A DNA stretch of 48,267 bases from a virus (Duplodnaviria; Caudoviricetes), in the IMG/VR virus record IMGVR_UViG_3300026026_000024, positions 1 through 48,267 of that record. The stretch is one strand, 5' to 3'. Made by a program: the position numbers and the translations under genes. The notes beneath the pieces were generated by a model that made no database searches, was not told the DNA's origin, and saw only the letters and a list, made by a program, of their open reading frames with translations. How positions within the stretch are numbered: the stretch's first letter is position 1; each line of letters begins with the position of its first letter. Of the stretch, positions 17,690-26,606 are shown piece by piece.

Positions 17690-18411
17690 CTTACGTGTTC
17701 AATTTTATCAAGATTCCTACAGGTAAGAAGATTACCGGTAGTTGTATTTTGTATTGACATGCTTTTTCTGAGCTTATTTTCTTTTAAATCTTTTCTCATT
17801 CCGTTTCTTATTGTAGCAATCCAATCTATTTTCTTTTCACCCTTAGAGTTAGACCAATCCATAAATGAATCAAAATAGTACTTAAGATCAGCATCCTTAA
17901 ATTCTCCATCCTTAAATTCATTTCTAAACTTTTCGAAGTCTGAAAATTCATCATCCTTAAATAAATGATTTTTTTGAATTTGTGCCTTTATTACAATGCC
18001 ATTACCAGTATCATTATCATAACTGTCTATAACAGTTGTAGAACTGTTAAGTAACTCTTTGGGTATTGTAATTTGACCATTATTAAACAAACCATACTTT
18101 TCAAGTTCATAAACAGCCGACTGTTGTTGTCTTACCTTACTTTGCGGAAATCCAGGATACTGAAATACTATGAATTTAGGTATAAAATATAAGTGTTCCT
18201 TAACTGTTATGCAACGGTTGCCTAACTCTTTAATAACAGTTACGTAGTCTTTAATACCTGTTTGTAATAAACAAAGTTTTGGATTCAATTGAATTATTCC
18301 GGCATGGTTGCACTTTGTTAAAATGTAAATCCAAAGTATTTTACCATCTTTTGAAAGGTCCATAAACCATTCATCATCAAACAATCCTGTTTCTATAAAT
18401 CTTTTAGCCAT
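17686..18411 (-). CDS. Replication initiator / replisome organiser
   Basis: MAKRFIETGLFDDEWF...KILWIYIL wHTH; C-terminal DWIATIRN; directly upstream of dnaB. Confidence 0.75.
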   Translation of the reverse strand: MAKRFIETGLFDDEWFMDLSKDGKILWIYILTKCNHAGIIQLNPKLCLLQTGIKDYVTVIKELGNRCITVKEHLYFIPKFIVFQYPGFPQSKVRQQQSAVYELEKYGLFNNGQITIPKELLNSSTTVIDSYDNDTGNGIVIKAQIQKNHLFKDDEFSDFEKFRNEFKDGEFKDADLKYYFDSFMDWSNSKGEKKIDWIATIRNGMRKDLKENKLRKSMSIQNTTTGNLLTCRNLDKIEHVR

Positions 18412-18413
18412 TG

Positions 18414-18917
18414 TTATAAATTTTCACAGTCACTAGCAAAAGGATTAGTATCATCATTATAAAATGATTGCATTATTTCTTCCTTTTCGTTCATTCTTGA
18501 AATTTTGTCGTTTCTTTTTTCTATGCAATCCCTTAGTACATTAAAAATATCCGAAGCAATAACCCAATCCGGTTTATTATTATGAATTTCAATTGTGGGA
18601 CAAGTATATAAAACTGTATTTAATTCTGATAATGGTAAATTAAATGTTTTGACGAAAGCATCAATTATACTCAATGCTGTTTCATTCACATTATGTGCGT
18701 GTTCTTTAGCATGGCAAAATTCACACAATGTTATAAGATAGTTATCATCATATTCCCACGGTTCCTTATTTTCTAAATAAATAATGTGATGAACATTTAA
18801 TTTTTCTCCAGTTGCGCCACATATACGGCAGGTAAAATGATCTCGCCTTAAAATTGATATTCTCATGGATTTCCACCTGGGATCAAGCAATTTTTCTGAA
18901 TAAGTTTTTGTTTTCAT
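18414..18917 (-). CDS. HNH endonuclease
   Basis: LLDPRW...RDHFTCRICG...LNVHH...LITLCEFCH. Confidence 0.8.
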   Translation of the reverse strand: MKTKTYSEKLLDPRWKSMRISILRRDHFTCRICGATGEKLNVHHIIYLENKEPWEYDDNYLITLCEFCHAKEHAHNVNETALSIIDAFVKTFNLPLSELNTVLYTCPTIEIHNNKPDWVIASDIFNVLRDCIEKRNDKISRMNEKEEIMQSFYNDDTNPFASDCENL

Positions 18918-18927
18918 AATAAAAGAA

Positions 18928-19075
18928 GCCGGTCACCAATAAAAAAACCAGGGCTGTCAGTACACCGCAAAGTGTTACCCTGGTATTTTACCGATGAACC
19001 GGCGTATTTTAAAGATGAAGAAAAATCGTTCATTGTTTGCGGTGTTAAATCTGACATACAATACTACGAAATATT
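18928..19075 (-). ncRNA. Putative C4/CI-like antisense leader RNA with alternative pairings
   Basis: Long hairpin 18928-19003 whose loop (UUUGCGGUGUACUGACA) is complementary to upstream UGUCAG and ACACCGCAAA (19036-19056). Confidence 0.55.
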
Positions 19076-19203
19076 TTAATCCGTTATACACTTAACCGTC
19101 AAAATCTTCAATAAAGTTATCAACCACTGTTAACAACTTGTACGTTATCCGCACTGGTAACGGGGTTGGTGTTTTTGGTGTTCGTCCGTTTATTTTTCTT
19201 CTT

Positions 19204-20112
19204 TTATAAATTGCTTTCATCTTCGTATTTTTGAATGCTTTTGAATATTTCATACACTAATTGGACAACCACGCTATTGCCATACGCTTTTACGCTTTCG
19301 TTTCTCCATTTAGGAAAGGTAATTCCGTCCAGTCTACCGGAAAGCTCATCATTTCGGCTACAAAGCGGGGATTGAGTTGGAAATTCTGACCAACTTCTCT
19401 TTGGATATGTTCGTGAAGATTTACTCCCCTGGAGTATTGCTGTCTGGTTTGAAACACCTCTGAATCCTGTTTGAAACCGCTGCGATAATCCCTTGCTGCT
19501 GGTGTCGGTAGTAGTGATAAATTCATTAAGTCGTTTATCCTGTATCTTTTGTGATTTGTGTTTGTCATCTCGTATTCCATTGCAGCATGAAAAGCCCTCG
19601 GAGTGTGCAACAAACCAAATCCTATCCCTTCTGTGGGGAGCGTTGACGGAGCAAGCTGGAAGTAAAAACGGTAACACTTCGTAGCCTTCAGTTTCCAAAT
19701 CAGCCTGCACTTGGTCGAATACCAATCCCCCGTTCCAATTAGTAAGGCCGCGAACGTTTTCGAGAAGGCACCAATCCGGGCGAACCTGTCTAATGAGTTC
19801 AACTGTTTGAGGCCAGAGGTAACGGTTATCGTCCGTTCCTTTTCTTTTTCCTGCTGCTGAGAATGGTTGGCACAGCTACGGGAACCCGCCCACAACGATA
19901 GTTGCTCTGGACGGGTTCCATTTTCCTGAATTAATGATTGTTTCACGAGTTAATGTTTTTATGTTGTCATGTATTGGTATACCTGGAAAATGATATGCTA
20001 TAACCCGTTGGCAAAATTTGTCTATTTCACAAAATTGAACTGTTTCCCAACCGATCCATCTACCAGCCAAACTAAATCCACCAATTCCAGAGAATAAATC
20101 AATGATTTGCAC
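19204..20112 (-). pseudogene. C5 cytosine DNA methyltransferase, alpha frame, with in-frame TAG-CTG between catalytic Pro and Cys
   Basis: DLFSGIGG, CEID, GGFP*LCQPFS, LLENVRG, PHRRDRIW, AYGNSVV all in one frame. Confidence 0.85.
19290..19946 (-). CDS. Alternative-frame C5-MTase beta polypeptide (M.EcoHK31I-beta-like, motif IX)
   Basis: 218 open codons within the MTase gene; LLPTPAARDYR, QLNPRFVAEMMSFPVDWT. Confidence 0.7.
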   Translation of the reverse strand: MKQSLIQENGTRPEQLSLWAGSRSCANHSQQQEKEKERTITVTSGLKQLNSLDRFARIGAFSKTFAALLIGTGDWYSTKCRLIWKLKATKCYRFYFQLAPSTLPTEGIGFGLLHTPRAFHAAMEYEMTNTNHKRYRINDLMNLSLLPTPAARDYRSGFKQDSEVFQTRQQYSRGVNLHEHIQREVGQNFQLNPRFVAEMMSFPVDWTELPFLNGETKA

Positions 20113-20527
20113 GTTTCCTCCCCCTTGTAAACTGATTATTATGTGGTGAATATTTCCGGGTATGCTCTGCCTTAGGTAAACATTCTAAGTTGTCAATCCA
20201 ATTATGTGATCGAATTTCGTCTATGTGGTGAATATCCCAATTATCAGGTATTTTTCCTTTTTCCTTTTCCCAAACATAGCGGTGCATTAACCCACGATTA
20301 CCCTTCGTTAAACTATAATATCCAGTATCACGAAGCGTAAACTTTTTCCCGTCATATTCCTGATATGGTCTGAAATTGGGTCCACGAAGTTCTAGCCCAC
20401 GTTTTTTGAATGCTTTAAAAACACATTGCCTTGTAACTCCTAATTCTTTCGCTACCTGTTCAAGCGAAAGTCCATAAAGATAGAGTTTGTAAGCATTATC
20501 GTAAACAGGATTTCTTTTTTGTCCCAT
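20099..20527 (-). CDS. HTH-HNH homing endonuclease with its own promoter
   Basis: HRYVWEKEKG...IHHIDEIRSHNWIDNLECL; TATATTTG at 20532-20539 upstream of MGQKRN. Confidence 0.82.
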   Translation of the reverse strand: MGQKRNPVYDNAYKLYLYGLSLEQVAKELGVTRQCVFKAFKKRGLELRGPNFRPYQEYDGKKFTLRDTGYYSLTKGNRGLMHRYVWEKEKGKIPDNWDIHHIDEIRSHNWIDNLECLPKAEHTRKYSPHNNQFTRGRKRANH

Positions 20528-20566
20528 GATGCAAATATATAAAATATTGTTGACATTTGCAAACTT

Positions 20567-20596
20567 TATTCCGCTAAAAAGCGATCCGTGATTCAT
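20567..20596 (-). pseudogene. Orphaned original MTase N-terminus (motif I)
   Basis: MNHGSLFSGI, then the sequence switches to the HNH promoter region. Confidence 0.7.
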
Positions 20597-20793
20597 TGTT
20601 TAACTCTTGATTCATTCTTCACCGCGTCGGCAATTTCACGGTACATTGCATCGGGATTTCCGAACATAAATTCATTAATTGCCTCGTTAATCTCTTCATA
20701 AAGTTTTTCATAAAATTCCTGATCAGTCGTTTCTGACGTTATCAATCCCATAGCGACAACGGCCTGGTAGTTGCGGTTAATTAGTGTGTTCAT
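20593..20793 (-). CDS. MazG-like nucleotide pyrophosphohydrolase (short or truncated)
   Basis: KLYEEINE...EIAD. Confidence 0.5.
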   Translation of the reverse strand: MNTLINRNYQAVVAMGLITSETTDQEFYEKLYEEINEAINEFMFGNPDAMYREIADAVKNESRVKQ

Positions 20794-20796
20794 TGG

Positions 20797-21423
20797 TTAA
20801 AATAATGTTAGTTGTTTTTTATACAAATTAAATCTGTTAACTCCAGCATCAAAGTATTCACGGTCGATTTCACAAATGTCCAAATCAAACCCTTCCATGT
20901 CACAGGCAATGGCAGATGACATAGATCCACCGTGAGTGTCTAAAATACGCTGGCCTGGTTTGGCGTAGTTTTGAAGTAGATTATGGTATAATGATATTGG
21001 CTTTTGTGTTGGATGAATTGTACTTTCCTTTGATCTCCTTTTATCTGCATGGTTAAACCCATAACTTTCTATTTTAATCGCCCTACTCGTTTGATTAAAA
21101 CTCGTCCATGCCAACTCAAAATCACTAAACGAGTTAATTGGATTTCCCTTGTACCATGAAATCCAACACCTATTAACTGGAAGACAATCTGTAAAATAAT
21201 TACCACCCCATATTATTTGATTCTTACTTACTCTAATCAGTTCCGTAAAATATTTGAGATCAGGTTTATGATTCTCATAAACCTGATCTCCTGTACCATA
21301 ACGGAAATTGAAATGCTGTCCGCCACCATACGGAGGATCAACAATAGCCAAATCGTAAAAATTATCAGGCTTAGACTTCATAAACTCCATGCAGTCGATG
21401 TGATGAAAATTGATATTGCTCAT
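20797..21423 (-). CDS. N6-adenine/N4-cytosine DNA methyltransferase (beta class)
   Basis: IVDPPY, HPTQKP, ILDTHGGSMS, CEID. Confidence 0.9.
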   Translation of the reverse strand: MSNINFHHIDCMEFMKSKPDNFYDLAIVDPPYGGGQHFNFRYGTGDQVYENHKPDLKYFTELIRVSKNQIIWGGNYFTDCLPVNRCWISWYKGNPINSFSDFELAWTSFNQTSRAIKIESYGFNHADKRRSKESTIHPTQKPISLYHNLLQNYAKPGQRILDTHGGSMSSAIACDMEGFDLDICEIDREYFDAGVNRFNLYKKQLTLF

Positions 21424-21439
21424 TGAAATTGAAATAAAA

Positions 21440-21631
21440 TTAACATTCAACAATTTCTTTAATCCGGCTGTAATTTATATTCTGTCCGGCGGGATCGCCT
21501 TCGTTGGCTACGAAAGTGATGTATTCCTCTGTGTAGTCAACGATTTTACCGGCTTGCCTTGCTTCATATCCTTTGGTTGTGTAAACCAGGATAATGATTT
21601 TGTTCAGGTGAGATATGGCACGTTGTTTCAT
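21440..21631 (-). CDS. Hypothetical protein
   Basis: 63-aa ORF in operon. Confidence 0.5.
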   Translation of the reverse strand: MKQRAISHLNKIIILVYTTKGYEARQAGKIVDYTEEYITFVANEGDPAGQNINYSRIKEIVEC

Positions 21632-21663
21632 GGGAGAAGTAATTCGGGATTGTCGTGGATGTT
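21628..21663 (-). pseudogene. Orphaned original YopX C-terminus
   Basis: Reverse strand reads NIHDNPELLLP*. Confidence 0.7.
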
Positions 21664-21671
21664 TATGGTAA

Positions 21672-22208
21672 TCATCTTATAATAAATTTACTATTACAAT
21701 AAGGGCAACATACCTCCCCCTTGTGTAATCTCTTAGTCATTAATTCAAGATTTTCAATTCTATTATCATCTTTAATTCCGTTTTTGTGATGTACTGATTC
21801 TTCGGATATTAACGGGCGACCTAGATATTCCGACATTACTAATCTGTGTTCGTGTATATATCCCGCAAGTTTAGCATTGGGATGTCGGGGCATCCATAAT
21901 TGTATGTATCCGAATTTATCTTTTATTCTCCCACCTTTCCATGCCATACTTCTCTTGCCCTTGTGTGCTTCATTTCTTTTCTCTTGGGCCTTTAGTGAAA
22001 AGTATGGCTTATGTGGCTCGTATCCAGCGTCTATCATAAATTGCGTCCAATTGCCGAAATTCATCCTTATGGGCATATCACTAGGCGTATTTGAGTCCCC
22101 TTGCCAATCCTTCCTGTTCGGTTTTCGACCAATTCTTAGTTCCAAATCCTTCAATAATGAGATTAGTTGAGTCTTTGAGTAAGTCTGGTGTTTCATAAAT
22201 ATTTCCAA
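21672..22208 (-). CDS. HNH homing endonuclease with N-terminal HNH-associated repeat
   Basis: [45 protein letters not shown]. Confidence 0.85.
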   Translation of the reverse strand: MEIFMKHQTYSKTQLISLLKDLELRIGRKPNRKDWQGDSNTPSDMPIRMNFGNWTQFMIDAGYEPHKPYFSLKAQEKRNEAHKGKRSMAWKGGRIKDKFGYIQLWMPRHPNAKLAGYIHEHRLVMSEYLGRPLISEESVHHKNGIKDDNRIENLELMTKRLHKGEVCCPYCNSKFIIR

Positions 22209-22455
22209 TTAGATTACCATGTAAAGATATAACATCTCCTTCATATATACAAATATCCTGCCCATTCTTGTCTGTTAGTCCAGTGAATTGGCCCACTGTT
22301 TCGGGTATGACTTCATACATAGAAATAGCCCTATCTTGTATAAAGCAACACCAAAAAGTAGGATTTACTTCAGAAGGTTTTATTTTTTCAATATAATTAC
22401 CATAAAACCATTCCCCGTTATCAATCCGTTTTCCTCTAAATTTAATTTGTCTCAT
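22081..22455 (-). CDS. YopX family protein
   Basis: MRQIKFRGK...[12 protein letters not shown]...IYEGDVI...[11 protein letters not shown]. Confidence 0.85.
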   Translation of the reverse strand: MRQIKFRGKRIDNGEWFYGNYIEKIKPSEVNPTFWCCFIQDRAISMYEVIPETVGQFTGLTDKNGQDICIYEGDVISLHGNLIGNIYETPDLLKDSTNLIIEGFGTKNWSKTEQEGLARGLKYA

Positions 22456-22490
22456 TGTTTATCTTTTTAAGTGTTTATCAATCAATTCTC

Positions 22491-22934
22491 TTAATTCATC
22501 GGCTGCGATACCGAAGTAATAGTATTAACTGGTTTATTTCTATATTTATGTCCGTGATGTATTTCATTGTGATGCAATGAGCAAAGCCATCTTATTTCCA
22601 ATGGTTTATTGTAATCGTCATGATGACCTTGTGTTTTTTCATTTCCACATATTTCACAAGGCTGTGGTATAATCTCATGATTCCTAATAGCATTTTTCAT
22701 GATTAAATGCGCCTTGTATTTAATTGGATTGTTTGCCCTGTATTGTTGTGAATATGCAGTTAAATCTTCCCTATGTTTTATCCTACTACGTTTTCTAATT
22801 TCGTTGTAAGCTATTGGATGTTCAGTGGTCCATTTTTTGTTTTTTTCGCTAATCTTTTCTTTGTTTTTGATATAAAAATCGTGGCTTTTGATTTTATGAT
22901 AAGCCTTTCTTTTTTCTTTATCCTTGTAAGGCAT
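22491..22934 (-). CDS. HNH-like zinc-finger protein with basic N-terminus
   Basis: CEICG...GHHDDYNKPLEIRWLCSLHH. Confidence 0.7.
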   Translation of the reverse strand: MPYKDKEKRKAYHKIKSHDFYIKNKEKISEKNKKWTTEHPIAYNEIRKRSRIKHREDLTAYSQQYRANNPIKYKAHLIMKNAIRNHEIIPQPCEICGNEKTQGHHDDYNKPLEIRWLCSLHHNEIHHGHKYRNKPVNTITSVSQPMN

Positions 22935-22954
22935 GGTATTGAAATTTAATTTTA

Positions 22955-23359
22955 TTAAAGCATTCCTTTTTCTTTATAGAAATTGTATAAATCTATCGTT
23001 TTTTTATCTTCAGGTTCAGGAACCTCGTATCCTTCACTTCTGAAAAAGGTGACAAACTGATCAATGAAATGACTGTTCTGTTCTTTGTTCATCCCTGAAA
23101 GTGTTACAGGTATCAGGCACGTTTCACCGTTTACGTCAATCTCCTTGTGTACGGGAAATTTAGCAAGGCAAAACTGATAGATGTCATCTTTAGTATTTCC
23201 GGTCTCAGAACCTATATGAGTGAACACAAGCCACGTATATGCGTTCTGGCTTAAGGACCGGCTGACAGTGACAGGCTCAACCTTCAAAGTTTTACCCTTT
23301 TCAAATTGCTTTGAAATGTAAATGTTGAGCCTGTCGATTTCGTGCGAGTGGAAGATCAT
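22955..23359 (-). CDS. NinB/Orf-like recombination accessory protein
   Basis: RSLSQNAYTW...GNTKDDI...S.MNKEQ.S.FI. Confidence 0.6.
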   Translation of the reverse strand: MIFHSHEIDRLNIYISKQFEKGKTLKVEPVTVSRSLSQNAYTWLVFTHIGSETGNTKDDIYQFCLAKFPVHKEIDVNGETCLIPVTLSGMNKEQNSHFIDQFVTFFRSEGYEVPEPEDKKTIDLYNFYKEKGML

Positions 23360-23362
23360 TTG

Positions 23363-23716
23363 TTAAAAAGGATTGTCGTTTGTTTCGCTTTCTTTTTTGC
23401 CGAGCATCTGAATTGAATCAGCCAAAATCTCAGTTATATAAACCTTTCTACCGTCTTTTTCGTATTCCCTTGTTTTTATCTTGCCCTCAACGTATAACAT
23501 CTGTCCTTTTTTAACGAACTTTTCAAGGATTTCAGCCAGTTTGTTCCATGCTACGATACGATGCCATTCGGTTGTTACTACTTTTTGTCCCTGTTTGTCC
23601 TTGTATGTTTCGGATGTAGCAAGGTTAAAGTTTGCAACCATTGTTCCGCTATCCATTGTTTTTACTTCAGGATCAGCCCCAACGTTTCCGATTAGGATTA
23701 CTTTGTTTACGCTCAT
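23363..23716 (-). CDS. ssb: Single-stranded DNA-binding protein
   Basis: VNKVILIGNVGADPE...TEWHRIVAW...YVEGKIKTR; C-terminal DNPF. Confidence 0.95.
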   Translation of the reverse strand: MSVNKVILIGNVGADPEVKTMDSGTMVANFNLATSETYKDKQGQKVVTTEWHRIVAWNKLAEILEKFVKKGQMLYVEGKIKTREYEKDGRKVYITEILADSIQMLGKKESETNDNPF

Positions 23717-23719
23717 AAT

Positions 23720-24316
23720 TTATTGTTTTATTCTGTCGATTAATACTTTCACTTCACAAATTGATTTAAAAAGTCTTTCCTGTAGTTCCTCAAGGATTAA
23801 TTTATCCCGTTCAACCTTAATAAGTATCTGCTTTAATTTCGGGTTAGAGAACGGCATATAATCAATGTAATCCCATCCAGTACACAGTAACTGTCCGTGT
23901 ACTTGCCAGAAGTAATTTTTAGGAAGTTTTTGTGTTTCAAGGTATTCATTATACACCTGAAACGATGGACATTTAAACTCACAGCCTGCGTTATGTCCCT
24001 TTATCTTTCTGTCAGGGCTGGCACCTGTAAATTCATCAAACTCATAGAAGCCACCGTTTTCAGTTTCATTAAATGTAAATAGTTCATAATTTTCAACGGC
24101 AAACGGTTCCTTTTCATGTCCCCGTTCCATCCATTTGTTACTGAACTTATCCTCACTTTCACCGGTTACTTTTTCGTAAGCGACCTTTATAATTGCCTTT
24201 TGATAACCGGCTATTTTCTTATCCATGAACAAATCGCCAAACATTGAAGCGGTAAATTTGCCAAGCCTGAGAAGATCCCAATCTTCGCTATTCTGGTCTA
24301 TGTTGTAAAACTTCAT
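23720..24316 (-). CDS. YqaJ/lambda-exonuclease family
   Basis: QNSEDW...RLGKFTAS, GASPD, EFKCP, YFWQVHGQL. Confidence 0.9.
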   Translation of the reverse strand: MKFYNIDQNSEDWDLLRLGKFTASMFGDLFMDKKIAGYQKAIIKVAYEKVTGESEDKFSNKWMERGHEKEPFAVENYELFTFNETENGGFYEFDEFTGASPDRKIKGHNAGCEFKCPSFQVYNEYLETQKLPKNYFWQVHGQLLCTGWDYIDYMPFSNPKLKQILIKVERDKLILEELQERLFKSICEVKVLIDRIKQ

Positions 24317-24804
24317 ACAGCTTCATTCATTAATGTTTGTTCATTCTCCGGTGTAAGATCATACTTTGCCTTAACCTGTTCAATCGTTCCGTTCTTTTTT
24401 AGAAACTCTACCGCCTTGTCCCATACTTGAGTGCCTGGATTTAATTTAGGCTTTTCAATCTTTGGCTGTATATCCCGAATACGTAACCCCTCTGTGATGT
24501 CACCGAAGGCACGTATATCGTCTTTGATGTATATCTGAACCGGTATATTATGCCAGTCGGTAATATACGAACTTTTTGCGAATTTCTTAATTATTTTACA
24601 GTTTGTTACGTTCAAAACCATCGGTTTTAAATTCGGGTCGGTAAATGTGGCCACGTTCCTGTCCTGTTCTTTACCGTCTGTGTTCTTTACTTTTTTAACG
24701 GTAACTGATTTAATAATAGCTTTCAAGTCTTTACCGTCTTCAAGGTCGCAAGTTCCTAAATAATCGGAATTAAAAACCTTTTTCCAATGTATCTTTTCGG
24801 TCAT
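24313..24804 (-). CDS. Putative ssDNA-binding/annealing partner of the exonuclease
   Basis: HWKKVFNSDYLG..DL...LNVTNCK; position next to YqaJ. Confidence 0.5.
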   Translation of the reverse strand: MTEKIHWKKVFNSDYLGTCDLEDGKDLKAIIKSVTVKKVKNTDGKEQDRNVATFTDPNLKPMVLNVTNCKIIKKFAKSSYITDWHNIPVQIYIKDDIRAFGDITEGLRIRDIQPKIEKPKLNPGTQVWDKAVEFLKKNGTIEQVKAKYDLTPENEQTLMNEAV

Positions 24805-24837
24805 GGTTATTTAATTAATTGGTTTAATATCCTTGTG

Positions 24838-25377
24838 TTAAAAAAGAGATGCTTCAACCAAAACAGGCATAACAAGTGCCTCCTGATTGATTATACCAGG
24901 GACGTCGAGTAACATTCCTTTATCTACGCCTCCAAAATTTACACGGACATATCCTCCAGGTGAATACATTGCGTCCATAGCAATTTTCATTTGCTCAGGA
25001 TTGAATCCAATAAAATCAACTCCTTTAGCTTTGTATGCGCTGATTACCTTATCAAAATCGGGTATAAGTTCGCCTTTCCTGTCGAAGTATTCAAAGAATG
25101 CCTTTCGGCCATCTTTGTTGCTACATTCAACTCCATCCTCATTGGCTATAGCTGTTTCAAACTGCATAATATTTTTGTAGTTTTCCCTGTGGATGCTTTT
25201 GCCGTCAAGGTTTATGGCATCAAGTATTGAATGATATTCAAGTGACTGTTTGACGACGATGTTCCCATTGCTGGCGTATGCAAAACCGCCGACAAAGTGA
25301 ACACAGTTCATGATTGGCCGGATTTCATCATCCGAGCATGCAACATGTAATTTGGTAGTGAAATTGAATTTGTCCAT
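24838..25377 (-). CDS. Beta-clamp-like protein
   Basis: CSDDEIRPIMNCVH...ASNG, PDFDKVI, GFNP, LVMPV. Confidence 0.6.
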   Translation of the reverse strand: MDKFNFTTKLHVACSDDEIRPIMNCVHFVGGFAYASNGNIVVKQSLEYHSILDAINLDGKSIHRENYKNIMQFETAIANEDGVECSNKDGRKAFFEYFDRKGELIPDFDKVISAYKAKGVDFIGFNPEQMKIAMDAMYSPGGYVRVNFGGVDKGMLLDVPGIINQEALVMPVLVEASLF

Positions 25378-25398
25378 TTTATTTAAGGTATTTGATTT

Positions 25399-25800
25399 TT
25401 ATTCCGGTTTAATATCCTTGTGTTCTCCAAATGGTTCAAGTATTGTGTACAACTCCATGAAAAGCGTTTCAAGGTGTTCGATGAGTTTATTTCCGTGGTT
25501 ACCAAATACCCAATACTCATTCCAGTAAAAGTCATAAAACTTGAATATCTTTTCCTCAATCTCGAAGCACTCTTTAAGGTCTGTGCTTTTCCTGATTTGT
25601 TCAGTCTGGTCCATTACGGTTTCAATGTCTGTTTTGATCCAATCCATATCGTCAGATTCGATGTTGGCAAGCAATACCTTCATGTGAGTGTCGATAAGGT
25701 CACATTGTTTCACTGCCTTGCTGTGGATGTCTACAAACTGGCAGACTTCATTCCATGCCTGTTCTGTTCCGGCCATAAGTTCGATGTGTTCGGTTGTCAT
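25399..25800 (-). CDS. Hypothetical acidic protein
   Basis: 133-aa ORF in early operon. Confidence 0.65.
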   Translation of the reverse strand: MTTEHIELMAGTEQAWNEVCQFVDIHSKAVKQCDLIDTHMKVLLANIESDDMDWIKTDIETVMDQTEQIRKSTDLKECFEIEEKIFKFYDFYWNEYWVFGNHGNKLIEHLETLFMELYTILEPFGEHKDIKPE

Positions 25801-25811
25801 TGGTTATTTGT

Positions 25812-26093
25812 TTAAAAATCAATATCATAAACGGCATCGTATTCAATAGAATTAATTTGTCTGATTTCGTCAGCCAATTTTAAAATCATTTGGGGTGTTA
25901 ATTCCATTGATAGTATTGCTCCGTCGTTAAACGTTTCGTATATCTTAACTTTCTTACAAAATGTAATGTGCTTACATATGCCTAATGATTCATCAACCCA
26001 TTTAATCATATTTTTATCATCTCTTATGGGTTTACCATCATACTCAATTACTGCATCAATTGCATACATGGATGATTCAGATAATTTTCTCAT
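25812..26093 (-). CDS. Hypothetical protein
   Basis: 93 aa, bounded by 20-bp direct repeats. Confidence 0.65.
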   Translation of the reverse strand: MRKLSESSMYAIDAVIEYDGKPIRDDKNMIKWVDESLGICKHITFCKKVKIYETFNDGAILSMELTPQMILKLADEIRQINSIEYDAVYDIDF

Positions 26094-26096
26094 TGG

Positions 26097-26294
26097 TTAT
26101 TTGTTTAAAGGGTTTCTTAAATGGCTCTTACTTAATCCAAATGTATCCCGAACACTTCCAACGAATGTACCCTGTACAGATGAATCCCATAATAAAGTAC
26201 CACGACGTTTTTCATGTTTTGCCGGAAACATAAAATCTTTTGATTCAGAATTATAGAATCTTGCATAAATCTGTGATAATTCTTGTTTTTTCAT
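26097..26294 (-). CDS. Hypothetical protein
   Basis: 65-aa ORF. Confidence 0.55.
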   Translation of the reverse strand: MKKQELSQIYARFYNSESKDFMFPAKHEKRRGTLLWDSSVQGTFVGSVRDTFGLSKSHLRNPLNK

Positions 26295-26298
26295 AGTT

Positions 26299-26604
26299 TT
26301 ATTTATTTAAAGGTTTACGATCAATAGTATTTCCAGTTCTGGAATGATCCCTGAGTTTTGGCCAACTGAACATATCAAGCATGATTGCGAGAATTACCGT
26401 TACGGATAATATCGCAATAGCTAACGGCCCCCAAAAGTAAAGTATATCCTTCGGGATTGCCAGGAATATACCTAACTGCATAAAATCGTCTTTAATCGGA
26501 TGTTTACCGGCTTGACGAATTGTTTTGTAAACAGCATATCCGATCAGGAAAAAAGCCAGAAGTAATAACTTCCAGAGTTGCATGGATGTGGATGCTAGTA
26601 TCAT
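26299..26604 (-). CDS. Membrane protein
   Basis: Two to three hydrophobic segments. Confidence 0.6.
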   Translation of the reverse strand: MILASTSMQLWKLLLLAFFLIGYAVYKTIRQAGKHPIKDDFMQLGIFLAIPKDILYFWGPLAIAILSVTVILAIMLDMFSWPKLRDHSRTGNTIDRKPLNK

Positions 26605-26606
26605 GG

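Noticed and set aside
19876-19878. Genome-wide TAG or TGA reassignment
   Set aside because: Several genes end in TAG (2990, 22081, 27200, 30613) and many in TGA; coding density is high with the standard code; no tRNA seen
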